A stretch of DNA of 64,000 nucleotides from an uncultured Candidatus Rokubacteria bacterium (GTDB lineage: Bacteria; Methylomirabilota; Methylomirabilia; Rokubacteriales; CSP1-6), in assembly GCA_963789955.1 (NCBI GenBank), contig CAWBMV010000001.1:320001-384000 (forward strand), read 5' to 3'. This document shows, piece after piece, positions 34,631 to 45,408 of this stretch (its first letter is position 1; each line of letters starts with the position of its first letter). Made by a program: the position numbers and the translations under genes. The notes under the pieces are model-generated. The model did no database searches and was not told where the DNA came from. It worked only from the letters and a program-made list of their open reading frames with translations.

Positions 34631-34863
34631 ATGAAGCGCACAGGCACACTCGCAGTTTTCCTGGCGGCATCACTCGCGCTGCTCGCTGGTGTCGCGAGCG
34701 CATCGCTCCGGCGGCGGAGGACATCCAGGCGCCGCGATCGTCCAACCAGGACATTCAGGCTCCGCGTGCCGGCAACGAGGATCTCCAGGCGCCGCGCTCG
34801 GACAATCAGGACATCCAGGCGCCGCGCATCGAGAGCGAAGACGTTCAGGCGCCGCGCGGCTGA
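34631..34863 (+). CDS. Small secreted precursor (~77 aa) with five tandem (E/Q)D(I/L/V)QAPR repeats; one indel near 34700
   Basis: Signal peptide MKRTGTLAVFLAASLALLAGVAS.., then in the shifted frame IAPAAEDIQAPRSSNQDIQAPRAGNEDLQAPRSDNQDIQAPRIESEDVQAPRG*. Confidence 0.8.
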
Positions 34864-34875
34864 TGGTCGAGTCGG

Positions 34876-34900
34876 GCGAGCGAGGTTGAGCCTCGCTCGC
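34876..34900 (+). terminator. Stem-loop after the peptide gene
   Basis: GCGAGCGAGG-TTGAG-CCTCGCTCGC; no U-tract. Confidence 0.45.
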
Positions 34901-34926
34901 TCGGCACACCTCTCGCGAGATGATGG

Positions 34927-35124
34927 ATGGCGCAGCGTATGGCGTGGATGGATTCGAACGACTATTTCCTGATCGTGGAGACTGCCAGAGATCGGATCGA
35001 GAGCCTCCTCTCGTCGACCGAGATCGCGATGGAGACGGCGGCGACGTCTGACGGCCGCCGCCCGACCGAGCCCGCGCACGTTTGTGACGTGCCGGGCTGC
35101 GCGCTCGTGCATCTGCCGGTGTAG
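34927..35124 (+). CDS. Small hypothetical protein with C-terminal HxCx4Cx3H
   Basis: 65-aa ORF; upstream CGGCACACCTCTCGCG (34902-34917, GG-N10-GC). Confidence 0.55.
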   Translation: MAQRMAWMDSNDYFLIVETARDRIESLLSSTEIAMETAATSDGRRPTEPAHVCDVPGCALVHLPV

Positions 35125-35380
35125 TCCGCGACAGCGGCGAGCGGGCTCGTCCCGCCTGACCAGAGCCCCGCCCATTTTTGTGACGTGCCGGGCCCGGCGC
35201 TCGGCCACTTGCCTGTTTGGTTGGCACGTCGTCGCGCGAAGAGCCAGCGCGGCTCAGCGGGCCGCCGGACGGATCGTCATTCCTGGCCGGACTTAGCGCC
35301 AAACGCCCCCGGGTGCGGCTCGTTGGCACGCGCCGTGCTCGCATGGGGCGCGTCGAACGAAGCCCGGGCAGGAGGCAACG

Positions 35381-35563
35381 ATGGATTGGTGGCGCGAGCT
35401 CGATGACGAAATCGTAAACTGCCTCGTCGGTCATGAATCGTTGACACCCGACGAGCTGAGCCAGAAGGTCGGCATGTCGACCGAAGCGGTGACCTCATTG
35501 CTCGGACGACTCGCGCAGGAAGGGAGAATCACCATCCTGCGAGTCGCGAGGACGTCCGGCTAG
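35381..35563 (+). CDS. Small winged-helix-like DNA-binding protein
   Basis: LTPDELSQKVGMSTEAVTSLLGRLAQEGRI; RBS AGGAGG; sigma-54 site TGGCACGCGCCGTGCT at 35324-35339. Confidence 0.7.
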   Translation: MDWWRELDDEIVNCLVGHESLTPDELSQKVGMSTEAVTSLLGRLAQEGRITILRVARTSG

Positions 35564-36923
35564 CACGGAGACAAAATTCCTCGCGGTGTCGTCGAGCTCG
35601 CAGGTCGCGGTCGCATCTCCTACCTGACAGAGGGCAGCGGCGCGCGGGCCGCGCTCCTGATCCACGGCTCGGGCATGAGCGCGCGCTCATGGGTGAACCA
35701 GCTGCCCCGCGAGTACCCGGGTGTCACGTTCTTCTTCCAGCCGGCGGACATCGTGAGCCAGATCCTGAACTTCGGGCTGCCGGCGCCGATCGACGTGCAG
35801 GTGATCGGATTCAATCAGCAGGCGACGCACGAGATCGCGCTCGAGGCCGCCGCCCGCATCTCGCGCATTCCGGGCGCGGCCGACGTGCACCTGCACCAGG
35901 TGGTCAACGCGCCGTCGCTTCAAGTCAACGTCGACCGGTCGCGGCTGGCCGAGCTCGGCCTGACCCAGCGCGACGTGGCCAACAACGTCCTGGTCACCTT
36001 GAGCTCGAGCGCGGTCGTGGCGCCGAACTACTGGTCGGATCCGCGGAGCGGCATCAACTATATCGTTGCGGTGCAGACGCCGCAGAGCCGCGTCGATTCC
36101 GTCAACAGCTTGATGAGCACCTCGGTGACGCCGGTGACCGCGGGGCCGCCGCAGCTCTTGAGCAATCTGGCGACGCTCGGAGCGCCGAGAAGTGCCGGCC
36201 GTCATCAGCCACTCGAACGTGCAGCCGGTGTTCGACGTGTACGCCAACGTGCAGGATCGCGACCTCGGCAGCGTCGCCTCCGCCGTCCAGCGGATCATCG
36301 CCGACCTCCGGCCCAAGCTGCCGCCGGGCCACACGATCGCGCTGCGCGGCCAGGTGCAGAGCATGAACTCGGCGTTTCTCCGGCTGGGGTTCGGCCTGAT
36401 CTTCGCGGTGCTGCTGGTCTATCTGCTCATGGTGGTGAACTTCCAGTCGTGGCTCGACCCGTTCATCATCATCACCGCGCTGCCGGCCGGGTTCTGCGGC
36501 ATCGTGTGGATGCTCTTCATCACGCACACCACGTTCAGCGTGCCCGCCCTGATGGGCGCCATCATGAGCGTCGGCGTCGCCACCGCGAACAGCATCCTGA
36601 TGGTGACCTTCGCGAACGATCAGATGCTCGAGGGCCACGACTCGCGCAGCGCCGCGCTCGCGGCCGGCGCGACGCGGCTGCGTCCGGTCATGATGACCGC
36701 GCTGGCCATGATCATCGGCATGCTGCCGATGTCACTCGGTCTCGGCGAGGGCGGCGAGCAGAACGCGCCGCTCGGGCGCGCGGTGATCGGCGGTCTGTCG
36801 GTGGCGACCTTCGCCACGCTCTTCCTGGTGCCCCTGGTCTACAGCGTCCTGCGGCGCCGTCCGCCGAAGCGGGACTTTCTGGCCGATGACGAGCCTCACG
36901 GCTCGCCCGTACCTCAGGAGTGA
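35564..36923 (+). pseudogene. Chimeric remnant: alpha/beta-hydrolase 5' fragment fused to the 3' ~40% of an RND (AcrB-family) permease
   Basis: ISYLTEGSG...LLIHGSGMSARSWVNQL joins PREYPGVTFFFQPADIVSQILNFGLPAPIDVQ at about 35703; RND C-terminal motifs VATANSIL, RLRPVMMT, PLGRAVIGG. Confidence 0.7.
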
Positions 36924-36926
36924 ACG

Positions 36927-38237
36927 ATGCCCAAGTCACGAACGACGTGGAGTCTGCTCATCGGGATCGTGCTGGCGGTGATCCTGCTCGGGATCGGCGT
37001 GTTGCCGCGACTGCGCCAGAACGCGGAGCTCGTCGCGGCGTCGACCGCGCCCGACGCGGGGCTCGTCCAGGTGAGCGTGGCGCCGCCGAAGCGGTCGGAC
37101 GGTCCGATCGACCTCGTACTGCCGAGCAACATTCAGGCGATCGAGGAGGCGACCATCTACGCCCGCACCAACGGCTACGTCCGCGAGCGCTACGTCGATA
37201 TCGGCGCTCCGGTCACGGCCGGCAAGGTGCTGGCCCAGATCGACACGCCCGAGCTCGACCAGGAGCTCAGCCAGGCCCGCGCCGCGCTGGCGCAGACGCG
37301 GTCGGCGCTCGCGCAGGCCCGGGCGAGCTACACCCAGGCGCAGGCGAACCTCAGCCAGTCGCGCGCCGGCCTCGAGCAGTCGAAGGCAAACGAGAGCTTC
37401 GCCAAGGTCACCGCCGAACGCTTCGGGAAGCTGGAGCGCGACGAGCTCGTCGCTCATCAAGACGCCGACGAGAAGAGAACGGCGCTGGCCGCGGCGAGCG
37501 CGACCACGGCGGTGTCCCAGGCCAACGTCGCCGCGATGGAGGCCAACCTCGGCGCGCTGGAAGCGAGCGTCGAGGCGGCGCGCGCGACCGTGGCGGCGAG
37601 CGAGGCCAACGTGCAGCGGCTGCTGGCGCTCCAGTCTTTCCAGAAGGTCGAGGCGCCGTTCGCCGGGATCATCACCGCGCGCGGCATCGACCGCGGGGCC
37701 TTGATCACCTCGGGTAGCGGGAACGGCGCGACGTGGATGTTCCGCATCGCCCACGTCGAAAATCTGCGAATTTTCGTCAACGTGCCCCAGACGTTCGTGC
37801 GCTCGATCACGCCGGGCCAGGAGGCGCAGGTGCTGGTCCCCGAGTTTCCGACCCGGCCGTTCGTCGGCAAGATCGCGAGCACCGCCGGTGCTCTCGATCC
37901 GACCTCGCGCACCTTGCTGACGGAAGTGCGTTTGAAGAACGACGATCACGCGCTGATGCCCGGGATGTACGCCCAGGTGAAGTTCAGCCTGGTGCCGGCG
38001 GACACCGTATGGGTGATTCCGGCGACGACGGTGATCGCGCGCTCGGCCGGGCCTCAGGTGGTCGACGTGCGCCGCGACGGCACCGTGCACTATCTCGGTG
38101 TGCAGCTCGGGCGCGACTTCGGGCAAACGGTGGAAGTGGTCGGGGGGCTCAGCGGAAGCGAGCGGCTCGTCCTGAGCCCGCCGGACGGGCTGAAGGAAGG
38201 CATGCGCGTCGTGGCCGAGGACACCAAGCGGAATTAG
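36927..38237 (+). CDS. RND efflux periplasmic adaptor (MFP)
   Basis: IYARTNGYV..RYVDIG..V..G.VLAQIDTPELD, APFAGIITAR, LDPTSRTL, LMPGMY. Confidence 0.9.
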   Translation: MPKSRTTWSLLIGIVLAVILLGIGVLPRLRQNAELVAASTAPDAGLVQVSVAPPKRSDGPIDLVLPSNIQAIEEATIYARTNGYVRERYVDIGAPVTAGKVLAQIDTPELDQELSQARAALAQTRSALAQARASYTQAQANLSQSRAGLEQSKANESFAKVTAERFGKLERDELVAHQDADEKRTALAAASATTAVSQANVAAMEANLGALEASVEAARATVAASEANVQRLLALQSFQKVEAPFAGIITARGIDRGALITSGSGNGATWMFRIAHVENLRIFVNVPQTFVRSITPGQEAQVLVPEFPTRPFVGKIASTAGALDPTSRTLLTEVRLKNDDHALMPGMYAQVKFSLVPADTVWVIPATTVIARSAGPQVVDVRRDGTVHYLGVQLGRDFGQTVEVVGGLSGSERLVLSPPDGLKEGMRVVAEDTKRN

Positions 38238-38269
38238 TAGTAATCTTCCGCCCGGGAGAGCGCCTGGGC

Positions 38270-39669
38270 GTGAGTGCACCGCGCACCATGTTCGAGAAGA
38301 TCTGGGCCCGGCACGTGGTTGCCGAGGGCCCGGGCGGTCACGCGCTCCTCTATATAGACCGCCATCTGCTGCACGAAGGCACGACCGCCGCGTTCGGCCG
38401 GCTCGCCCGCAGCGGCCGGCGGGTCCGGCGCCCCGATCTGAGCTTCGCGACCGCCGATCACTATCTGTTGACCTCGCCGGGCACGCCCACGAGCGATCGC
38501 CGAGACGCGCGAGATGGTCGAGGCGCTCGGCCGTCACACCGCCGATCAGCGCATCCTCTACTTCGGGGTCGATGACCCTCGCCGCGGCATCGTGCACGTG
38601 ATCGGCCCGGAGCAGGGGCTGACGGTGCCCGGCATCACGCTCGTGTGCGGCGATTCGCACACGGCGACCCATGGCGCGTTCGGCGCGCTGGCGTTCGGGA
38701 TCGGCTCGAGCGAGGTCGAGCACGTGCTGGCCACGCAGACCTTGTGGCAGAAGAAACCGCAGACGATGCGGATCTCGGTCGAGGGCCGGCTGGCCCAGGG
38801 CGTCAACGCGAAGGACGTGATCCTGGCGATCATCGCCAAGATCGGCGCCGGCGGCGGCGTGCGGCACGCGATCGAGTACGCCGGCTCGACGATCCGGGAT
38901 ATGTCGATGGACGAGCGGATGACCGTGTGCAACATGTCGATCGAAGCGGGGGCGCGTGCCGGGATGATCGCGCCGGACGACACGACGTTCGCTTACATCC
39001 AGGGCCGGCCGCTGGCCCCGGCCGGTGAAGCGTGGCCGAAGGCGCTCGCGCACTGGAAGGCGCTGCCGAGCGAGCCGGGCGCGGTGTTCGATCGCGAGGT
39101 GCAGCTCGCCGCGAGCGAGATCGCGCCGACCGTCACCTGGGGCACGAGCCCGCAGGACGCGCTGCCCATCACCGCGCGCGTGCCTGATCCCGCCGCGATC
39201 ACCGATCCCGGGCGGCGCGAGAGCATGGCGCGCGCGCTCGCCTACATGGGGCTCAACCCGGGGATGCCGCTCAGCGACGTCACGGTCGAACCGCGTGTTC
39301 ATCGGCTCGTGCACCAACAGTCGGCTGGACGATCTGCGCGCGGCGGCGCGCGTCGCGAAAGGGCGCCGCGCGGTGGTGCCGGCGTGGATCGTGCCGGGCT
39401 CCGGGCTCATCAAGCGCGCGGCCGAGGCCGAAGGGCTCGACCGCGTCTTCCTCGACGCGGGCTTCGAGTGGCGCGAGGCCGGTTGCTCGATGTGCGTCGG
39501 GATGAACGGCGAGACCGCCGCCGCGGGCGAGCGCGTGGCCTCGACGTCGAACCGCAACTTCGAAGGACGCCAGGGCAAGGGGGCCCGGACGCATCTGATG
39601 TCGCCCGCGATGGCGGCGGCCGCCGCCGTCACCGGGAAGCTCACCGACGTGCGGACGCTCGGGGCCTAG
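38270..39669 (+). CDS. leuC: 3-isopropylmalate dehydratase large subunit family (frameshifted)
   Basis: [46 protein letters not shown]. Confidence 0.85.
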
Positions 39670-39670
39670 G

Positions 39671-40300
39671 ATGGAGCCGTTCACGCGCGTCACCGCGGTG
39701 GGCTTGCCGATCGATCTGCCGAACATCGACACCGATCGCGTCATTCCGGCGCGCTTCCTGCGCAAGGACCGGAGCGTGCCGGAGTACGCGCGCTACCTCT
39801 TTCACGACGTGCGCTTCGACGCCGACGGCGCCGAGCGCCCGGAGTTCATCCTGAACCAGACGCCGTTCCGGGCGGCCCGCATCGTGGTCGCCGCCGAGAA
39901 CTTCGGCTGCGGCTCGTCGCGCGAGGCCGCGGTGTGGGTGCTCGCGGCCAACGGATTTCGCTCGGTGGTCGCGCCGAGCCTGGGCGACATCTTCCATCAG
40001 AACTGCTTCAAGAACGGCCTGCTGCCGGTGATCCTGCCGGCCGAGGCCGTCGCCGGATTGCGGCGCCAGCTCCACGAGCGGCCCGGCGCCACGCTCACGG
40101 TCGATCTCGAGACGCAGACGGTGACGGCGCCCGACGGCGCTCAGCATCGCTTCGAGGTCGACGCGTTTCGCAAGGAGATGCTCCTGACCGGCCGAGACGA
40201 GATCGGACTGACGCTCGGCTTCGAGGCGAAGATCGTCGAGTTCGAGGCGCGCCACGCACGCGAGATGGCCTGGACCGTGCCGCCGCGCCCCGGCAGCTGA
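39671..40300 (+). CDS. leuD: 3-isopropylmalate dehydratase small subunit
   Basis: [36 protein letters not shown]. Confidence 0.9.
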   Translation: MEPFTRVTAVGLPIDLPNIDTDRVIPARFLRKDRSVPEYARYLFHDVRFDADGAERPEFILNQTPFRAARIVVAAENFGCGSSREAAVWVLAANGFRSVVAPSLGDIFHQNCFKNGLLPVILPAEAVAGLRRQLHERPGATLTVDLETQTVTAPDGAQHRFEVDAFRKEMLLTGRDEIGLTLGFEAKIVEFEARHAREMAWTVPPRPGS

Positions 40301-40315
40301 TTCCAGGAGGAAGCC

Positions 40316-40780
40316 ATGACCACGCTCAAAGTCGAGTACCCCAAGGACCTGTTGAAGCTCGTGGGTAAAGAGCTCGGCCCCTCGGAGTGGACGACGGTCG
40401 ATCAGGCGATGATCGACAAGTTCGCCGAGGCCACCGGCGACCACCAGTGGATCCATGTCGACGTCGAGCGGGCGAAGCGCGAGATGCCCGGCGGCAAGAC
40501 GATCGCCCACGGGTATCTGACCCTGTCGCTCGTCCCGAGAATGGCCGCCGGCCTGCTCGAAGTCACCAAGCGGAGCCGCGGCATCAACTACGGCTCGAAC
40601 AAGATCCGCTTCATCTCGCCCGTTCAGGCCGGCGCGCGCATCCGTGTCCGCCAGCGCATCACCGGCGCCGAGGAAGTGCCCGGCAACGGCGTGCGCGTGA
40701 GCTCCGAGATGACGGTGGAGATCGAGGGCCAGGAGAAGCCCGCGCTGGTCGGCGAGATCATCGGCGTCCGGTACGCCTGA
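40316..40780 (+). CDS. MaoC-family dehydratase
   Basis: FAEATGDHQWIHVD, TIAHGYLTLSL, NYGSNKIRF. Confidence 0.9.
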   Translation: MTTLKVEYPKDLLKLVGKELGPSEWTTVDQAMIDKFAEATGDHQWIHVDVERAKREMPGGKTIAHGYLTLSLVPRMAAGLLEVTKRSRGINYGSNKIRFISPVQAGARIRVRQRITGAEEVPGNGVRVSSEMTVEIEGQEKPALVGEIIGVRYA

Positions 40781-40781
40781 G

Positions 40782-41627
40782 ATGAAGCTCGTACGCTACG
40801 GCCGACCCGGCGCCGAGCGTCCCGGCGCGATCGACGCGGACGGCAAGCTGCACGATCTGGGACGCGTGATCAAGGACGTGACGCCGGCGGCGCTCGCGCC
40901 GACGTCGCTCAAGAAGCTGCGCGCGGTGAATCTCGCGCGGCTGCCAGTGGTGAAGGGGCGGCCGCGTCTCGGCTGCCCGCTCGCGGGCATGGGCAAGATG
41001 GTCTGCATCGGCCTCAACTACACCGACCACGCGGCCGAGGTGGGGATGGCGCTCCCGAAAGAGCCCACCCTGTTCATCAAGGCGCCGAGCGCGGTCTGCG
41101 GCCCCGACGATCCGATCGTGCGCCCGCGAGGCTCCGTGAAGCTCGACTACGAGGTGGAGCTGGGCGTGGTGATAGGCCGCGACACCCGCTACGTCAGCGA
41201 GGCCGAGGCGCTGCGCTACGTCGCCGGCTACTGCCTGATCAACGACGTCTCCGAGCGCGAGTTCCAGATGGAGCACGGCGGCACGACCACCAAGGGCAAG
41301 AGCGCCGATACGTTCGGTCCGACCGGCCCGTGGCTCGTCACGGCGGACGAGGTCGGCGATCCGCAGGCGCTCTCGGTGTGGACGACGGTCAACGGCGAGA
41401 AGCGGCAGGACGGCAACACCGGCAAGATGATCTTCTCGGTCGCGTCACTGATCGCCTACGTGAGTCGCTTCATGTCGCTCCGAACCGGCGACGTGATTTC
41501 GACGGGTACACCGGCGGGCGTCGGCCATGGCGCGAAGCCGCCGCGGTACCTGCAGCCGGGCGACGTGGTCGAGATGGGCATCACCGGTCTCGGCACCCAG
41601 CGCCACAAGATCGTCGAGTCGAAGTAG
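40782..41627 (+). CDS. Fumarylacetoacetate hydrolase family protein
   Basis: CIGLNY..H, DYEVEL, NDVSER, GKSADTFGP, TGTPAGVG. Confidence 0.9.
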   Translation: MKLVRYGRPGAERPGAIDADGKLHDLGRVIKDVTPAALAPTSLKKLRAVNLARLPVVKGRPRLGCPLAGMGKMVCIGLNYTDHAAEVGMALPKEPTLFIKAPSAVCGPDDPIVRPRGSVKLDYEVELGVVIGRDTRYVSEAEALRYVAGYCLINDVSEREFQMEHGGTTTKGKSADTFGPTGPWLVTADEVGDPQALSVWTTVNGEKRQDGNTGKMIFSVASLIAYVSRFMSLRTGDVISTGTPAGVGHGAKPPRYLQPGDVVEMGITGLGTQRHKIVESK

Positions 41628-41637
41628 CACGTCCGCG

Positions 41638-43570
41638 CTAATTCCGTCCAGGCAGATCCACTTTGATCGCCCGGACCTCTGCGGCGCGCCCGTCAACCGG
41701 GATGGTGGGTAGTTCGCCTTTCGTCTTGACCGGCAGCCTGCGCAGGTGATCCATGATCGCCTGCCATTCCTTGATCTCGCGGCCGGCATCTTTTCCCGTC
41801 CCGGTGGCGATACTGCCCTTGTCCGTCCTTCCGGGCGGCGGCAGCAGGTAAGGTGAGTTGTTGTCGCGAGGCGCGTCGAGAGCCTCGACCTTCGACTTGA
41901 GGGGCTGACCCGCCTTGTTCTTGGGAACCAGAGCCAGTTTGCCCTTGGTGTACTTCGGGATGGCCATGACGATCAAACCGAGATACAGGGGGCACGTGAG
42001 ACTGTACAACCGCTGGTCCTTCCCGCTGATGTCGATCGTGCGGTAGCCGCGGTCGAGGTCTCCCATCTCGATGGTCGTCACGACGTCGAACTTCGGGCGC
42101 GACGGGTCGTAGCCGAACCGCATGCCGGACGCGCGAGGGAAATACTCCCCGGGGTGAGCGGGGCTGTCCACGAGCAGAAACTCGAGCAGATTCTTCAGCT
42201 CCAGGCCTGTGAAGTAGCCGGTCACGAGTGCGCTGCCGGCCGTGGGATCGACGACGCCCGCGCCGAGGGGCGCCACGGCGAACACATCGTAGACCGTTTG
42301 CACGCCTGACTTTCCCCGTGTAAGCCCGGCGCGCATCAGCCCGTTGGCGCTGAAGCCGACGTCCGCCTTCGTGGCGCTTCTGAAGGCGTCGGTGACGAGG
42401 TTGGCAAGGGGTGTGCTCGCGGCGATGTCGGTGAACGTGTTGGGCAGGTCCCGCGGCGCCACTGCCAGCGGCTGATCGATGCGGTACCCGCGGGACGCAA
42501 ACACGGCCGCGCTGACAGACTTCTTGAGCTCATCGATCGCGTCGGCAGTGGCTCGGTCACCGGCAACGGTGTCGTCGATCGCGTAGAGCCGGTAGGACTC
42601 GACCGTCAGCTTGCCGCCGTCCAGGGTGATCACCAGCTCGCCGAGGTTCTCGCCTTCCTTCCCGGTCTGGACGACGGGCGTGCGCTCGTTGATGATGATC
42701 GCCTCTTGCAGCGCCGTGTGACTGTGGCCGCCGATCACGACGTCGATGCCCGGCACGGCTTTGGCCAGGCGCACGTCGTCGCCGTCGGTGTAACGCCCGT
42801 CCTTCCCTTTCTCGAGGCCGCCGTGGCTGAGCGCGATGATCACATCCACCTTTTCCGTCTCGCGAAGGACCTTCACCATCTCTTTGGCGGTCTCGATGGC
42901 GTCGGAGAACGACACCGCACCGCCGCTGGTGTAGAAGATGGCCTCCTTGCCGAGCACCCCGAAGAGGCCGAAGCGAATGCCCTCGCGCTCGATCACGAGG
43001 TGGCGGCGAATCACCCCAGCCTTGACCAGACGCTGGAGGCCGGCCAGCGTTGGGTCGCTCCCCGCGGAACTGGTATTGGAGGCGAGCACCGCCGGAACCC
43101 GGCCGGCTTTGCTGGCCACGCCGATCGACTTGCCCAAACCATCCGGCCCAAGGTCGAATTCATGATTGCCAAAGGTGGTGGCGTCGTAGCCCATCCGGGA
43201 CATGAGCTGCAGCTCGCCGCCGGTCTCGCGGCCGGCGGCGCCGAACGCGGTTCCCATGCTGTAGTCGCCCGCGTCAAGCACCAACACCGGGCCCTGAGCT
43301 TTGCGCGCATCCTTCCTCTTCGCGATCAGGCCGGCCAGACGCGCGTATCCGCCCCGGGTGGTGTCGTCGTTAAGCGTGAACGGCGTGCGCGGCTGGACCC
43401 ATGCCGATGAACGCCGAGTGCATGTCGTTGGTGTGCAGGATGGTGAAGGTCTTTTTCCCGTCCGCTGCCGCGGCGACTTGTTCAGGCAAGACAATCGTCG
43501 CGCCGACTGCGACTGCGCCGGCCAGGAACTCACGACGAGAGAGAGACGGTTCTTCGTATGTGGTTTCCAT
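41638..43570 (-). CDS. Tat-exported 5'-nucleotidase/UDP-sugar hydrolase family metallophosphoesterase (frameshifted)
   Basis: SRREFL; HTNDMH, DAGD, GNHEFD, LSH, GGHSH. Confidence 0.85.
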
Positions 43571-43650
43571 AGTCGTCTCCCTTTTAATCATTTCACCCTC
43601 CGGGCCGCATCTGTTCTACGCAGATGCGGCCCGGTGGATTGATGCCCGTC

Positions 43651-45251
43651 CTACTTCGAAGAGCTTTCCTTGAGCTTGCGAAGAACTTCATCCAGGTTGA
43701 AGCTGTCCGCCTTCTGCCGCTGTGGGTAGTCCTTGAAGGTCATCAGGAACTGACCCACGTAGGCCTGCGCGGGGACCATCAAAAAAGCATGATCGAGAAG
43801 CCAGTCCCAGTAGGTGTTCGACGTGATGTCCGCCCGCTCGTACGGATCCGTGCGGAGGTTAAACATCTTCGGGACCCGCAAGCTGGTGAACGGGTTCGCC
43901 CAGATAAGCATCGTTCCCGGGGTCCGCTGCTCCATGAACACGAGCTTCCAGTTGTCATATCGCAGCGCGGTCAATTGCTGGTCGTCGTTGATATATAGGA
44001 ACGACTCCCGCGGGCTTTTCGCGACTTGCCCAGTCAGGTAGGGGACGAGGTTGTCGCCGTCCAGATGAACCTTGTAGGTCATGTCGCCGGCCTTGAAGCC
44101 CTTGAGCAGCTTGTCCTTCACCTGCGTGTCGCCGGCCATGGCTAGAAAGGTCGGCAGCCAATCGAGGTGGGCGACAATTTCGTTGGACACACTGCCCGGT
44201 TTGATTTTGCCTGGCCAGCGGATCATGGCCGGCACCCGGTAGGCGCCTTCCCAGTTCGAGTTTTTCTCGCTGCGGAATGGCGTCATCGCCGCATCCGGCC
44301 AGGAGTTCATGTGCGGGCCGTTGTCGGTGCTGTACATGACGAAGGTATTGTTCGCGATGCCCAGGTCGTCGAGCACTTTGAGAACCGTGCCGACATTCTT
44401 GTCGTGGTCGACCATGGTGTCGTGATACGGGCTCTGAAAACGCCCCGCCTGGCCGATGCTCGCCGGCTTGGTGTGGGTGCGGAAGTGCATGTGAGAGAAG
44501 TTCACCCAGACAAAGGCCGGCTTGCCGGCCTGGTTTTGCCGCTTGATGAAGTCCACGGCGCGGTCGGCGACGTCATCGTCGATGGTCTCCATCCGCTTCT
44601 TGGTCAGCGGGCCAGTGTCTTTGCACACCTGCTTGCCCACCTTGCCGAATCGCGGATCTACCGTCGCATCGTCCGTGCTCGAGGCCTTGCAGTCGAGCAC
44701 GCCGCGCGGGCCGAATTTGCCGAGAAACGCCGGGTCTTTCGGATAGTCCGGCAGTTCCGGCTCTTCGTTGGCGTTCAGGTGATAGAGGTTGCCGTAGAAC
44801 TCGTCAAAACCGTGCACGGTGGGCAGGTACTCGTTGCGGTCGCCCAGGTGATTCTTACCGAATTGGCCAGTGGCATAGCCCTGTGCTTTCAGCAGCTCGG
44901 CAATCGTCGGATCTTCTTTTTGCAACCCTACCGCGGCACCCGGCAAGCCGACCTTGGTCAAGCCGGTGCGCAGGCCGGATTGGCCGTGATGAACGACGCC
45001 CGGCCGGCCGTGCAGCTCTGCTCGGCATAGTAGTCGGTGAACATCATGCCTTCCCTGGCAACCCGGTCGATGTTGGGCGTCTGGTAGCCCATCACGCCGC
45101 GCGAGTAGGCGCTGATGTTGGACTGGCCGATGTCGTCGCCCCAGATGATGACGATGTTGGGTTTCTGCTGCGCGGATGCTGGAGTGTCCGCCAGCGCCCC
45201 GGCGGTGCACACCACCAGGAGGCCGAGCAAAACTTTGCGTGCGTACCCCAT
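43651..45251 (-). CDS. Arylsulfatase (frameshifted)
   Basis: KPNIVIIWGDDIG, SCTAGR (Cys-type site), GKNHLG, TDNG, WEGAYRVP. Confidence 0.9.
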
Positions 45252-45408
45252 CCTTTGTCTCCTTGCCTGTCTTTCAGTTAGTTGGCATCGCTCGGCGTCT
45301 CGCCCAGGAGGAGCCCGAGATAGTGCGAGACGCCGATGAGTTGGGCGCCCTTGGCTTTGAGTTCCCGCAGCGCGCGGTCACCCCTGCCGATCGGCGAACA
45401 GTAGATGC

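Noticed and set aside
34717..34860. 30-bp periodic repeat as a CRISPR array or DNA-level repeat
   Set aside because: The units vary at synonymous codon positions and the spacers are only 9-12 bp; it is a protein-coding repeat.
35222..35237. TGGCACG as another sigma-54 promoter
   Set aside because: The spacing to GC is 9 or 11 rather than 10, so it fails the strict -24/-12 geometry unless there is an indel.
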